Of a DNA stretch of 54,250 bases, positions 34,937 to 44,560 are shown piece by piece (positions within the stretch are counted from its first letter, which is position 1; every line of letters starts with the position of its first letter). The stretch spans positions 1 to 54,250 of IMG/VR virus record IMGVR_UViG_3300033485_000018. One strand, 5' to 3'. The notes beneath the pieces were generated by a model. The model did not search any database, was not told the DNA's origin, and was given only the letters and a program-made list of their open reading frames with translations. The position numbers and the translations under genes are program-made. Source of the stretch: a virus. Its lineage: Duplodnaviria; Caudoviricetes.

Positions 34937-36758
34937 CGGATCCCCCTCCGGGCGCGAGCACGATGTCGGCATAGCAGAGCTTTTGCCGCGCCCCTGTGGT
35001 CTGTTCGATGTAAGCCGCATCACTGCGCGCACGCTCGAACGAAGCCTCGAGCTCCGCCGCGTGCAGCCAGATGTCGAAGTAGTCTTCGTCAGCTAGCTGC
35101 CCCATGCGGTGGGTCCGGCCGATGACTTGCTCCCACGTTTTGCCGCTCGAAGATGGCGCCGTGATCAGGTTGTGCGACCACTGTTGCAGGTTCTTGCCCT
35201 CGCCATGCGCCGCGACGCTTGCGATGATGGGCCCGCGCGCCGTCAGGATGTCGCGGGAGGCTTCCATACCCGCGCCGAAGTAGGGCGCGCCGCTGTACTC
35301 GGCAAGCTCTTTGGCGAACGCGACGTGTTCGGTCCATACGATGCCCTCGTACTGCTTCAGCCAAGCGTGCGCGTCGCGGACGGCGAAGTCGTCGAGCCAA
35401 TATGGTACCGAGTTGGGCTCGAAACTGTCTTTGATCACTTGCCACGCTTCCCAAATCGCCACGTTCTCCTTGGTCTCTTTGACGCCTTGCCCCTTCTTGG
35501 CCTGCTCCGCGTACCAGCGCGCCACGAGCAGCTCGGAGTCGAGCCCCTTGCGGTTGAATGCCAGCGTCGCGCGGACCAGTTGCTTCCATTCGCGGCGAGC
35601 CGTGAGCCACGCGGCGGGCGGCGCCGGGTCCCAGCGATAATAGAACCCGCAGGCCAGCTCACGCATATGGCGCCAGAGATCGATCGCTTCGGTGATCTCG
35701 TCACCGTAAGGCGTAATCCAGGTCGTGCGCATCGTCGCCATTGCCGCTAGCACCTTCTCGGGCACGCGCACCTTGCGCCGCGCCAAGATCAGCGACACCC
35801 CCAAATCGTTGGTGCTCGTCGCCACGATCCCAGGCGTCTCGGTCAAGCGCCGACCGTAGCCCACCCGGGCCTCTTCGCCGTCGTTGCAGAAGCGCAGCAA
35901 GGCGCCCGGGGCGCGCCGCTTCTCGGCCGGCACGTCCGCGTCGATCGCGGCGGCCCAATCGGACACCTCGCGCCAGGTGTTCGGTAACGGGCACAGGTCA
36001 GGCTTGAGCGCCCACAAGGCAAGCTGCCAGTAGTCGAGCACCGAGCGTTTGACGATCGAACCGGACACCGCCACGACTTGCGTCTCGGGGAATTCTTTGA
36101 GGTACGCGCGCAGGCGCTTGGTGCGCGCGGCCGTCCCGTTGCGCACGGCCTGGCACTCATCGAGCACGATGAGATCGGGGAGCAGCTCGAAGAGTAGGTC
36201 TTTGTTCTTGGCGATCGACAGCTCACTATAGCCGAGCACGCGCAGCCCCTCGTGCAGGCGCCAATGCCGTCGCATTTCGGGGATGACGTGCTCGAGCGTC
36301 TGGACGCGGAGTTGCGCGGGCACGAGCAGGATCGGGCGCTTCGCCGCGAGCACGACGGGCGCCAGCAACGTGATCAACGATTTGCCCTTGCCGACCGCGA
36401 TCTGCCCCAGCGCGCCCTTCGTGGTGGCCAGCTCGATCAACGCCGCGGCCTGCACGGGCCAGAGCTGCATCGTGCCCCCCGGCTTGCGTAGCCACTCGTT
36501 GACCGCAGCGGTCGCGGCGTGCAGGGATTCATCTGTTTCCCAGTTCCGCCGAGGTAGACGCGAGATGCGGAAAAACTCTTGCGTCGCCAAGATGCCATCC
36601 GCGTCGAGGAGCTGCCCCCATTTCGAGCGCTTCGCGATGTTCTCGAGACCGTGCTCGAGCGCGATGCGGGTGGCCAAGTCAACCTTGTCCACCGCGCTCG
36701 GCTCGGCCGGCTTAGCGGGCCGGCGCGCGGCCGCCAGTATTTGCGCCAGTGTGCTCAA
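34923..36758 (-). CDS. SF2 (SNF2-like) helicase
   Basis: GKGKS, DECQ, SGS, GKNLQ and QVIGRTHRMGQ motifs; TTG start overlapping upstream stop. Confidence 0.85.
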   Translation of the reverse strand: MSTLAQILAAARRPAKPAEPSAVDKVDLATRIALEHGLENIAKRSKWGQLLDADGILATQEFFRISRLPRRNWETDESLHAATAAVNEWLRKPGGTMQLWPVQAAALIELATTKGALGQIAVGKGKSLITLLAPVVLAAKRPILLVPAQLRVQTLEHVIPEMRRHWRLHEGLRVLGYSELSIAKNKDLLFELLPDLIVLDECQAVRNGTAARTKRLRAYLKEFPETQVVAVSGSIVKRSVLDYWQLALWALKPDLCPLPNTWREVSDWAAAIDADVPAEKRRAPGALLRFCNDGEEARVGYGRRLTETPGIVATSTNDLGVSLILARRKVRVPEKVLAAMATMRTTWITPYGDEITEAIDLWRHMRELACGFYYRWDPAPPAAWLTARREWKQLVRATLAFNRKGLDSELLVARWYAEQAKKGQGVKETKENVAIWEAWQVIKDSFEPNSVPYWLDDFAVRDAHAWLKQYEGIVWTEHVAFAKELAEYSGAPYFGAGMEASRDILTARGPIIASVAAHGEGKNLQQWSHNLITAPSSSGKTWEQVIGRTHRMGQLADEDYFDIWLHAAELEASFERARSDAAYIEQTTGARQKLCYADIVLAPGGGSDVVG

Positions 36759-38593
36759 CCGAGCCCCCGTACCACGACGTCGGCGTGGGCGAGGAGCACC
36801 TCGCGGACGGCCATCGACTCCATGCTCGCCTCGTCGACGAACACTGTGCCTTTCCACCCGCTCTCGTCGAGCCATTGGTCAAAGGCGTGCGCGAGCATCG
36901 CCTTGCCGTCGTTGTAGGGGATCAACAGCCAATGGGCCTTGCTCGCTTGATCGGCGACCGCGCGCATGATGGGGCCGAGCAGGTCGATGAGCTGCACGGG
37001 GTCGGCCGCGTCCCCAGGACGCTTGAGGATCGCGCAATTGAACAGCACCGTCAGCCGCGACGCAGGCTCGGGTGCCGGCTGTGAGGGCGGCTGCGAGGGC
37101 GGGGCCTTCGCCTCGCGCTTCTTGCGTGGTTTCTTTGTGAGCTCTGCCAAGAGATCCGCTTCCGTTGCAGCCAAGGCATCGGGGACGGGAGCTTCAAGCG
37201 CATCCGTTAAGGCAGCAATCTGCGCCGAGCTAGCCGCCTCGACATCGGGGATGGGTGCGTTGAGATCGGGAAGTAGTGATGCTGGCGGGGGCCCGATCGG
37301 GAGAGCTGTCGGGGCGCCCGCCACTCCCCCAACTAGGGCCGCGACGGTCTGCGCTGGCATAGCGGGCCCCGCGATTATGGCAGCCGCGGCCGCGTTCACC
37401 GCGGCGGGCGCAGCGACCGCGGCAGCAACGGCCGTATTGATCGCGGTGGGTGCGGCCTGCGCGGGTGCGGGTGCGGGCGGATTGACCCCGCGCAAACCAA
37501 GCAAGCCTTGCAGCTTCTGCAAGGTAGTTTGACCCACCGCGGCCGCGGGAGCGGGCGCGGGCGCTTGCGTCGCCAGAACATTCGCGAGGGTACCTGGGGT
37601 CGCTACACTCGGAGATGCTACGGGCGCGGGTGCGACCGCTTGCACGGGGGCGGGTGCGACCGCTTGCACGGGGGCGGGTGCGACCGCTTGCACGGGCGCG
37701 CTGGGCGCGGGGGCGGGTGCGGGTGCGGGCGCGACCGCTTGCACGGGCGCGGGTGCAGCCTGCGCCGCGCGGAGTTGGTGGAGCTGTTCTAGAAGGGTAG
37801 ATGACATTGCAGGTTCTCCTGTGTCGGGCACGTTAGCTTTGTTTGCACTATTTGTAAATACTTTTCCGGTCGGGAAACCAAAACCGCGCGGGGCGCGACC
37901 AATCGAACAGCGTGAGAGGTAGGTACAGCCCCCGAACATTCCGCAAGCCTCTTCGCAGCCCGGGAGCTGCTCGGGATCTACCTTGCGCTTGCGTAGCTTG
38001 AGCATCTCGAGCGCGAGGGCTTTCAACGATTGCCAGGCGGCTTCCACTTCGACCGCGGTGCGCACGATCGAAACCGGCCGCACCAAGGTCGAGTTGACCT
38101 GCAAGTAGATCCACCGCGCCTCGATCTCGAGCGCCTGCGGGAACAGCTCGAGCGCTGCCTTTGAATAACCGACGTTCTGCGGATCGTCTTGCAGCTCCCC
38201 GACGGTCTTTGCCCAGTGCAGGGATTTCGTTGTCTTGTAGTCGATCACCAGCGCGCGCAGCTCAGCCTCGGTGGGCGGCACGAGACAGTCGATGAACCCG
38301 TGGAACTTGTCGAGCGGGTCATCCCCGAGTGGCAGAAAGAACTCGTGCTCGACCAAGACAGCGGTCGAAGGTGCGGGGAGGATGCCGGGACGCATCGCGC
38401 TTTGTACGAGCCGGCCGATCGCATCGGTGCCTGGCGCTTCGTGAACACCCACGACGCGCTCAAGCCGCTTGTGGATCACGATCCCGTTATCCTGCGCTGC
38501 GGTTTGCCGCTCCGGGATCCCTAGGATCACCTTGAAGGCCCATTTACGCATACAGAGCTTAAAGCTCTGCACCTGTGATGGCGAAATGTTCAT
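36755..38593 (-). CDS. PD-(D/E)XK (RecB/Cas4-like) exonuclease with Ala/Pro-rich extension
   Basis: ISPSQ..C, GFIDC, IDYKT and C..C..C motifs in the first ~235 aa; APVQAVAP repeats; C-terminal globular domain. Confidence 0.8.
   Translation of the reverse strand: MNISPSQVQSFKLCMRKWAFKVILGIPERQTAAQDNGIVIHKRLERVVGVHEAPGTDAIGRLVQSAMRPGILPAPSTAVLVEHEFFLPLGDDPLDKFHGFIDCLVPPTEAELRALVIDYKTTKSLHWAKTVGELQDDPQNVGYSKAALELFPQALEIEARWIYLQVNSTLVRPVSIVRTAVEVEAAWQSLKALALEMLKLRKRKVDPEQLPGCEEACGMFGGCTYLSRCSIGRAPRGFGFPTGKVFTNSANKANVPDTGEPAMSSTLLEQLHQLRAAQAAPAPVQAVAPAPAPAPAPSAPVQAVAPAPVQAVAPAPVQAVAPAPVASPSVATPGTLANVLATQAPAPAPAAAVGQTTLQKLQGLLGLRGVNPPAPAPAQAAPTAINTAVAAAVAAPAAVNAAAAAIIAGPAMPAQTVAALVGGVAGAPTALPIGPPPASLLPDLNAPIPDVEAASSAQIAALTDALEAPVPDALAATEADLLAELTKKPRKKREAKAPPSQPPSQPAPEPASRLTVLFNCAILKRPGDAADPVQLIDLLGPIMRAVADQASKAHWLLIPYNDGKAMLAHAFDQWLDESGWKGTVFVDEASMESMAVREVLLAHADVVVRGLG
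37830..37858 (-). promoter_or_regulatory. Intragenic sigma70-type promoter
   Basis: TTTACA-N17-TAACGT in an AT-rich island, upstream of AGGAG and in-frame ATG 37807. Confidence 0.6.
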
Positions 38594-38602
38594 GCGCTAC
38601 GC

Positions 38603-39553
38603 CTACCGCACGAAGGGTTGCACGAGCGCGCCGACATCGGCGAACTCATCGACGACTTTGTGCGGGGCACACCCGAGAAAGAAGAACGCTTGCCCTTGCC
38701 GGTTGCCGTTCGTGGCTTTGTTGCCCTGCAAGAACGCGATCCGCCCGTTCGTGAAGCACGCGGGAAAATCCCGTAGGAAGGGCTGGAACCACGCGGTGTC
38801 GGTCGCGTTGTTGACGAGCATAATCGCAGCCGGGACATGGCGGCTGTGAAAGAATTGGAGCAGGCGCTCAGTGAATTGCGTCACGAGCGGCTGGCTAAAG
38901 GGTGGGTTGAGCCAGACGCGCCCCGCCCACGGCAGCGCGAGGCCGTTGTCTTCTTTCGAATACCACCGATCGGCGCGCACGCGCGCTTGCGCGGCCGCGT
39001 TCGATGCTGGATCCAGATCGATCATGCCCAACACGCGCCGCGCCTTCGCCAGGTACTCGACCGGCGTGCTCCATTCGTCACCGTCGTGCTCGGCGTTCGC
39101 GGTAATCGCGAGCACCGCTTGGGCCGTCAGATGTCCCTTGTCGCGCGCCTTGGCAACGCGCCCATCGAATTCCTCCTCGGGGATCGCGGCGAATTTCTGC
39201 GCACGCCGCGAGTCGTCTTGCGTGACTCCCAGCTCTTTGAGCGTAACCCCCGGGGCCTTCGCGGGAGTTTTTGCGCGCCGCTCCCCGTGCTTCACGGGGG
39301 CGCCTCCCTTGTGTAGCTCGGTGTTCGCGAGCAGCTCTCCCAAGCGGCGCTCGGCGCGCAGTGCGATCTCGAAGGCATCGTCGCGTGATTCCGTCGAAGC
39401 GCGCTTTACGCGCAGGTAGACCGCGACGGCCTTTGCCTTGTCGCGGATATCCTTCGCCTCGTCGGTGGTCTTGCACGCGGCCAAGATCATCCGCGCCTTC
39501 TCGACGCTGAGCTGAGCGACGTCGCGCTGGGTTAAGGTTACCAGTTCCGTCAC
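38603..39553 (-). CDS. Phage DNA N6-adenine methyltransferase (Dam-like)
   Basis: EWSTP, DLDPAS, GLALPW and WLNPPF motifs; N-terminal helical/HTH region. Confidence 0.88.
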   Translation of the reverse strand: MTELVTLTQRDVAQLSVEKARMILAACKTTDEAKDIRDKAKAVAVYLRVKRASTESRDDAFEIALRAERRLGELLANTELHKGGAPVKHGERRAKTPAKAPGVTLKELGVTQDDSRRAQKFAAIPEEEFDGRVAKARDKGHLTAQAVLAITANAEHDGDEWSTPVEYLAKARRVLGMIDLDPASNAAAQARVRADRWYSKEDNGLALPWAGRVWLNPPFSQPLVTQFTERLLQFFHSRHVPAAIMLVNNATDTAWFQPFLRDFPACFTNGRIAFLQGNKATNGNRQGQAFFFLGCAPHKVVDEFADVGALVQPFVR

Positions 39554-39556
39554 AAG

Positions 39557-39796
39557 TCACCTTCCTTTTGCTGTTCGGATCCAGCGCACCGCGATCCATG
39601 GTTGGGTTTGCCCACCGGTGTCGGGGCCGTGCTCTTGTTCGTACACCGCGGCCAGCTTGGTGAGATGATCGATCGCGGCATCGCGTTCGTTGCGCAGCGC
39701 CTCGAGCTCAGCGCGCAGCGCTTGGTCGACGCACGCGCGCAGGAACTCCGCGGTCGGCGCGGTGCTCGCAAGCCAGCGCAGGGGCACGCGGCTCAT
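39557..39796 (-). CDS. Hypothetical protein
   Basis: ATGA overlap; coiled coil. Confidence 0.5.
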   Translation of the reverse strand: MSRVPLRWLASTAPTAEFLRACVDQALRAELEALRNERDAAIDHLTKLAAVYEQEHGPDTGGQTQPWIAVRWIRTAKGR

Positions 39797-40002
39797 GGGA
39801 TCCAGCTCTCTTCCTGTTCCCCGAACTCGCGCGTCAGATAGGCCCGAGCGCCGTGCACGGTTGCGATGATGGTTGCCGCGGTTTCCTCGTGCCCGTCTGC
39901 GAGCAAAATGCGCCAATGACTCCCCTGGCGCTCGAGCAGCACGAACTTGGGATGCACGAGGAGCGTGGCCAGCTCGACGAAGACCAAGACATTCTGCTTC
40001 AT
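39793..40002 (-). CDS. Hypothetical protein, paralog of 40002-40226
   Basis: HPKFVLLERQGSHWRILLADG. Confidence 0.6.
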   Translation of the reverse strand: MKQNVLVFVELATLLVHPKFVLLERQGSHWRILLADGHEETAATIIATVHGARAYLTREFGEQEESWIP

Positions 40003-40226
40003 CAGAACACCGTCCCATCCCCCGACGGCACGGGCAACGGTGGCACGGGCCGCCCGGTGTACTCGAGCGCAATCTGCACGGCTCTTTCCAGCCGAACGTG
40101 CGCGGCCCCGTAGCCGTCTGTGAACCCGATGCGCCAGTGGTTGTCTTGCTTCTCGAGCACTTCGAACTTCGGGTGTGCGAAGAGCAGAAGCAGCCATGAT
40201 GGTTTGAACGATAGAGGGTCCATCAA
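40002..40226 (-). CDS. Hypothetical protein, paralog of 39793-40002
   Basis: HPKFEVLEKQDNHWRIGFTDG. Confidence 0.6.
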   Translation of the reverse strand: MMDPLSFKPSWLLLLFAHPKFEVLEKQDNHWRIGFTDGYGAAHVRLERAVQIALEYTGRPVPPLPVPSGDGTVF

Positions 40227-42745
40227 AAAGGATCTCCCCCCGCGTTGATTGCGGGCATTGTGACGCCTTCGAGCTCATCATCACCGCCGGGCTCGCGCTC
40301 GCCTGGGGGCGTCTCACCGTCCCAGAGCGTGGCGAGCATCGCTTCGCGATCGCCGAGGCCGTTCTGCTCAGCCCACGCCATCAGGGTGTCCACCGTAATG
40401 TCGCGGAACCGGCGGCGCTCTTTCTTCTTGCCGCAGCGGAAGATCGGGCGCTCGTCACCTGAGATCGAGCGCAGGGCAGAGCCCACCTTCGCGGTCTCGG
40501 GCTCCACGCGTGTGTCGGGGAGGTAGAGCTTCCACCCGTCGATGATACCCTGCTCGTTGACCAGCAAGCGCCCCTTGCCCAGGCGCACCAAGCCATCCGC
40601 GCGCGCTGCGTAGGGCGCAGGGTTGATCAAGAAGCGCACGAGCCACTCGCACACTCGCGCCGACCAATCATTCGAGATCGTTACCAGCCGGCTCATTTGC
40701 GTAACGTCACCTTCGACCCAAAAGCGTTTCCCGGGCTTCACTTCCCGATTGGCTTGGAGCCAGCGCGCGTGCCGGGCGATGCCTTCTGCCTTCCACAGCT
40801 CTTTGGTGGCGCGCGGTACCGTCGCCAGAAAATCCGCGGCCGCTTGCGGCACCTTGAGGTAGAGGAAGCGTTGCGACAGCGCTTCGACGTCGTGGTGCGA
40901 AGTCGAGCCCGAGCTCGAGAGAAGGTAGTCGTTGTTAGCGGCCAGCACCAAACGCACGGCCCCGCGCAGCGCGGCGGGCGGAAGGTATTTGCGGGTCACG
41001 GTGCGCTCGAGCGTGGAGAGCATCGACCGGATCTGCCCCGTCAGGTCTTGCTTGCGCCAGCGCGATTGCCCGAGGTCTTCGTCCGCGAGGATCAGCGGGT
41101 TGCGCAAGAGCTCGTCGTTGAAACTGCCCGCCATGGCGAGCTCGAATTGCGCTGGGGCCTCTGACCACAAGCGCGCCAGGCCCATCGCGAGCAGCGTCTT
41201 GCCCGTGGCCGGGCCGCCCGAGAGGTAGAGGGCGCAGAGCAACCGCGTCAGGTCGGGCACGCACGCCAGCCAGTCGTTGAGCTTCTCGTGGTTCGAGCCT
41301 GCGAGCAGGTGCAGCCATTGGTCGATCTGGGGATCGAACAGGGGCGCTAGCTCGGTGCGCAGCGGCCGCGCCGCCTCGTAGATCGTGCGGTGGGCTTCGT
41401 CGAAGATCGTGCGCGTCGCGGTCAGGTCGACCACGACGGTTGAGATCGCGGTGCCGTAATCTTCGGCAAGCTCTTGCAGCGGCCGCCGTCGGAATCCCCG
41501 CGGCGTGGGTTCGTTGAGCAGCACGGGAGCCCGCGCCAGTACCTCGACGGCCGCGGTGCGCCCCATCGCCGCGCCATAGGGGCCGCGATAGTTGCCGTCG
41601 GCGCCGAGCAGATAGTAGGCCTGATCGCCGGCTTGGATGATCCAGCGCCTTTGCAGCGCCTGGGCCGCGGCGCCGTCGACGAAGGGCACGCCTCCCGCGA
41701 CCGCGATGCGCGCGAGGTCGGCCTCTTCGTATTTGCCTAGCTTGCCTGCGCCTGCGCCGAGCGCGTCGAGCTGGTGTTGGAACGCCTGATCTTGCCGCTC
41801 AGCTTCCCAGCCCGCGACGCGCACGACGGCGCCTTCCCACGCGGCCGCTAGGTCGCGCTCCCCCGGGGCCTGGGGATCAAGGAAACGCGCGGCCGCGAGC
41901 GATGCGGCGAAGACGGCTTGCGCATCGGCGACGGGCGGCGCGGCCTTCGAACCGGTTTTGCGCACGAGCCAGAGAGTCAAAGCGAGCGTGGTCTCGTGCC
42001 GGTCGCCCGCCGGTGCGATGGGCTCCCCCTCGAGCACCCGCCGCGCGGCGTCTTTGAGGCTCAGGCCGGCATCGGTGCAGGTGTTGCCGGGCATGTTGCG
42101 CAGGAGCTCACGCAGGCGGTCGCTCCCCGGGCCGCCGCTTGCGACCGCACCCTCGGGAAGCGCTTGCGTCTCGGGGTCGAACCACACCCCGGGATTGCGC
42201 TGCGCCCACGCCACGCTCAAATCGTAGGTGGTCGGGAGGTAGAACAGACGCCCGACGTTGCGCGTTTTGCGGTCCGCGATCTTGCCGGTAAGCAGGTCGA
42301 GGAGCTGCCACGCTCGAGCGTGCCGACTCGGGTTCAGCGGCTTGGCGAGCGGCACGATCACACGCAGGCGCGTCCGCAGCGCTGGGTCGAGGTTGCCCGC
42401 GGGCGCGGCGTGTTTGTGCGTCGAGTAGGCCACAAACTCGAAGGGGAGAAGCGCTTTGAACGCGGCGACAAGGCGATCCTCGGTGCAATTCTCGATGTCG
42501 AGCCCGAGGGCGTTGACTTCCTGCACCGCTTCGTTGGTGTGCTTCCCGCCGGGCGCAATGCCCCCCAGCACGAGGGCTGGGCCGTCTTTGGCGAGATCGA
42601 GGCGCGTCTTGTCGGTAGCGTCCGCGGGCTCACCGCGCTGGGTGTGGGCGGTCAGCGTAGGGATCCACTCTTCCCAGGTCCTCGTTTCCGGCCGCGCGCA
42701 ATTGTCCCTGGCACTGTTGAAGAGCGAGAAGCAGAGCGGCCTCAT
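40223..42745 (-). CDS. Primase-helicase (AEP/PrimPol N-terminus, SF3-like ATPase C-terminus)
   Basis: LDIE, YSTHKH, RLRVIVPL, RLFYLP; Walker A GGPATGKT, LILADE, AANN. Confidence 0.82.
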   Translation of the reverse strand: MRPLCFSLFNSARDNCARPETRTWEEWIPTLTAHTQRGEPADATDKTRLDLAKDGPALVLGGIAPGGKHTNEAVQEVNALGLDIENCTEDRLVAAFKALLPFEFVAYSTHKHAAPAGNLDPALRTRLRVIVPLAKPLNPSRHARAWQLLDLLTGKIADRKTRNVGRLFYLPTTYDLSVAWAQRNPGVWFDPETQALPEGAVASGGPGSDRLRELLRNMPGNTCTDAGLSLKDAARRVLEGEPIAPAGDRHETTLALTLWLVRKTGSKAAPPVADAQAVFAASLAAARFLDPQAPGERDLAAAWEGAVVRVAGWEAERQDQAFQHQLDALGAGAGKLGKYEEADLARIAVAGGVPFVDGAAAQALQRRWIIQAGDQAYYLLGADGNYRGPYGAAMGRTAAVEVLARAPVLLNEPTPRGFRRRPLQELAEDYGTAISTVVVDLTATRTIFDEAHRTIYEAARPLRTELAPLFDPQIDQWLHLLAGSNHEKLNDWLACVPDLTRLLCALYLSGGPATGKTLLAMGLARLWSEAPAQFELAMAGSFNDELLRNPLILADEDLGQSRWRKQDLTGQIRSMLSTLERTVTRKYLPPAALRGAVRLVLAANNDYLLSSSGSTSHHDVEALSQRFLYLKVPQAAADFLATVPRATKELWKAEGIARHARWLQANREVKPGKRFWVEGDVTQMSRLVTISNDWSARVCEWLVRFLINPAPYAARADGLVRLGKGRLLVNEQGIIDGWKLYLPDTRVEPETAKVGSALRSISGDERPIFRCGKKKERRRFRDITVDTLMAWAEQNGLGDREAMLATLWDGETPPGEREPGGDDELEGVTMPAINAGGDPF

Positions 42746-43185
42746 GCCGCACCCTGCGCGCCCTGCGCTTGAAGTTCACTGACGGCTCGATGAATGCCGC
42801 CCCAAAGCAGTGCCAGCGTTTCGGTCTCTGGAGTGTCCCGCGTGCCGGGCGCCAACACCAGGAGCCGATCTGCGAACAAATAGACCAAGGCCTGAGGAGA
42901 ATCCGCACGCGTCGCGGTAGCCCTTGAGCGTAGTCGCCGCGCCGCGATAGAAGGTACCGGAATCTTTGCACCGCGAAGATGTGACGAACCCAAAGGCCGC
43001 CCCATTTTCGGAGCCGGGGCCGCTTGTTCGTTCGCGGACACCGGCAACAAAGCCGCCAACGCTTCGAGCCCATCGCGTGTCGTCCAACAGCGCAAAGGCT
43101 CCGCGTTCTTCTCGTAGGCTTGCGCGTACCACGCCCCCAACCACCGAAGGGCGTTTTTCCTGGCTAGGTCGAGTGTCACGTACAT
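42742..43185 (-). CDS. Hypothetical protein, possibly leaderless
   Basis: Stop overlaps primase start; ATG 8 nt after a -10 element. Confidence 0.5.
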   Translation of the reverse strand: MYVTLDLARKNALRWLGAWYAQAYEKNAEPLRCWTTRDGLEALAALLPVSANEQAAPAPKMGRPLGSSHLRGAKIPVPSIAARRLRSRATATRADSPQALVYLFADRLLVLAPGTRDTPETETLALLWGGIHRAVSELQAQGAQGAA

Positions 43186-43193
43186 GGGCCGGC

Positions 43194-43222
43194 AACGTAG
43201 ATCATGGTGGTCAAAATGTAAA
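43194..43222 (-). promoter_or_regulatory. Sigma70-type promoter of the replication arm
   Basis: TTTACA-N17-TACGTT with T-tract upstream. Confidence 0.65.
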
Positions 43223-43645
43223 CAAAAAACGCAAGGCCTGAGCCTCGAGGAAGTGAGGGTCGCACACCAAAGCGGATCCAGCGACGCCCCATCGATACCT
43301 CTTCGATGCACGGTCGGCACACCGCACGAGGCGCTGCCAAATGGCGCCACGAAAGGAGTGAAGGGAGGGCTTAGGGGGTGTAAGTGCAAAACACCCCCGA
43401 AATGTACAAGAATCTGTGTCAAATCGGCACAAAAGCACGGATCAGCCCCTGTATGTGACCTTTTATACAATATGATCCCCCTCCCCTTGTTACCCTTCGA
43501 CCCTTCTGATCGGCGGCCCGAGCGCCGGTGGTGGTAAGGGCCCCGATGGCGCTCGAGCCTCGCGCGCGTAAGAGGTGGAGGAAAGGCTGTGCCGGTGTGT
43601 TCGGCCGTATAATAGTGCCCGATCTACCACTAGAATCGGCGCTTG

Positions 43646-43976
43646 CCCGGATCACCTAGTTTGATCCGGGGTGATCCGGGTGATCCGGGCTGAAGCGAAA
43701 CCGCGGCCGCGCGGCCGGCGGTTACGATCGGTGAAGGCGCGAAGGGGGCCGGGCAACGGACGGGGGAATCGGAGCGGGCAACGGACGGGGGGTTCAAAGG
43801 CCGCTCGCTCGAGCGGAATGGCAACAAAGGGCGGAGGTCGGGGGCATTTCGGCCATGCGCTCGCTCGAGCGGGCCGATGGGGAGAAGGCCTCTCGCTCGA
43901 GCGGGCCGATGGGTTGAAGGCCTCTCGCTCGACGGCGCCGTTGACGGCGCGGTTGACACTCTGCTCGAGCAGAGGC
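43646..43976. repeat. Repeat cluster in the divergent noncoding region (candidate origin or pac site)
   Basis: tgatccggg x3 plus one inverted copy; gggcaacggacggggg x2; ctcgctcga core x4, three at 32-bp spacing; palindrome ctctgctcgagcagag. Confidence 0.75.
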
Positions 43977-43987
43977 TAGATCGGGGC

Positions 43988-44557
43988 ATGGCAAAAGCAG
44001 CCGCCGTCAATGCTCGCGTAGTGAAGCTGACCGACCTGACACCGGACCCGAACAACCTGCGCCTACACCCAGAGCGATCGAAGGAAGCCATCGGGGCATC
44101 GGTGCGGGAGCTCGGCGCGGCGCGGTCGATCGTCGTCGACGGGCAAGGCGTCGTGCGCGCGGGCAACGGGACGCTCGAAGCGGCCGCCGCGGCCGGCATC
44201 ACCGAGGCCGTGGTGATCGAGACCGACGGCAAGCAGCTCGTGGTGGTCAAGCGCCCGGACTGGACGCCCGAGCAGGCGCTGGCCTACGCCATCGCTGATA
44301 ACCGGGCGGGTGAGCTCTCGCATTTCGATCCATTGTTGCTGCAAGCAGCGATGGCCGAACTAGCGCAAGATGCAGTGACCCATGGCACGACTGGTTTGCT
44401 CGACGCGCTTGGCTATACCGAAAAAGAGTCGGCAGCTTTGTTGGGGGAAAGCATGCCAGAGAAGACGGGCGATGTGCAGCGAACCCGCGAGGTATCGTTC
44501 GTTGCGATCGAGAAGGATCTGATGACAGAATGCCCGCGCTGTAAATTCAAATTCTGA
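43988..44557 (+). CDS. ParB/Srx-like N-terminal domain protein
   Basis: LTPDPNNLRLH, IVVD..VRAGNGTLEAA, AIADNR; C-terminal CPRC. Confidence 0.8.
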   Translation: MAKAAAVNARVVKLTDLTPDPNNLRLHPERSKEAIGASVRELGAARSIVVDGQGVVRAGNGTLEAAAAAGITEAVVIETDGKQLVVVKRPDWTPEQALAYAIADNRAGELSHFDPLLLQAAMAELAQDAVTHGTTGLLDALGYTEKESAALLGESMPEKTGDVQRTREVSFVAIEKDLMTECPRCKFKF

Positions 44558-44560
44558 ACA

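Noticed and set aside
37900-38593. Cas4 as part of a CRISPR adaptation module
   Set aside because: No cas1 or cas2; it sits among replication genes, as is usual for phage PD-(D/E)XK exonucleases.
43608-43613. Perfect TATAAT as a rightward promoter
   Set aside because: No acceptable -35 or TG extension and no nearby downstream gene.
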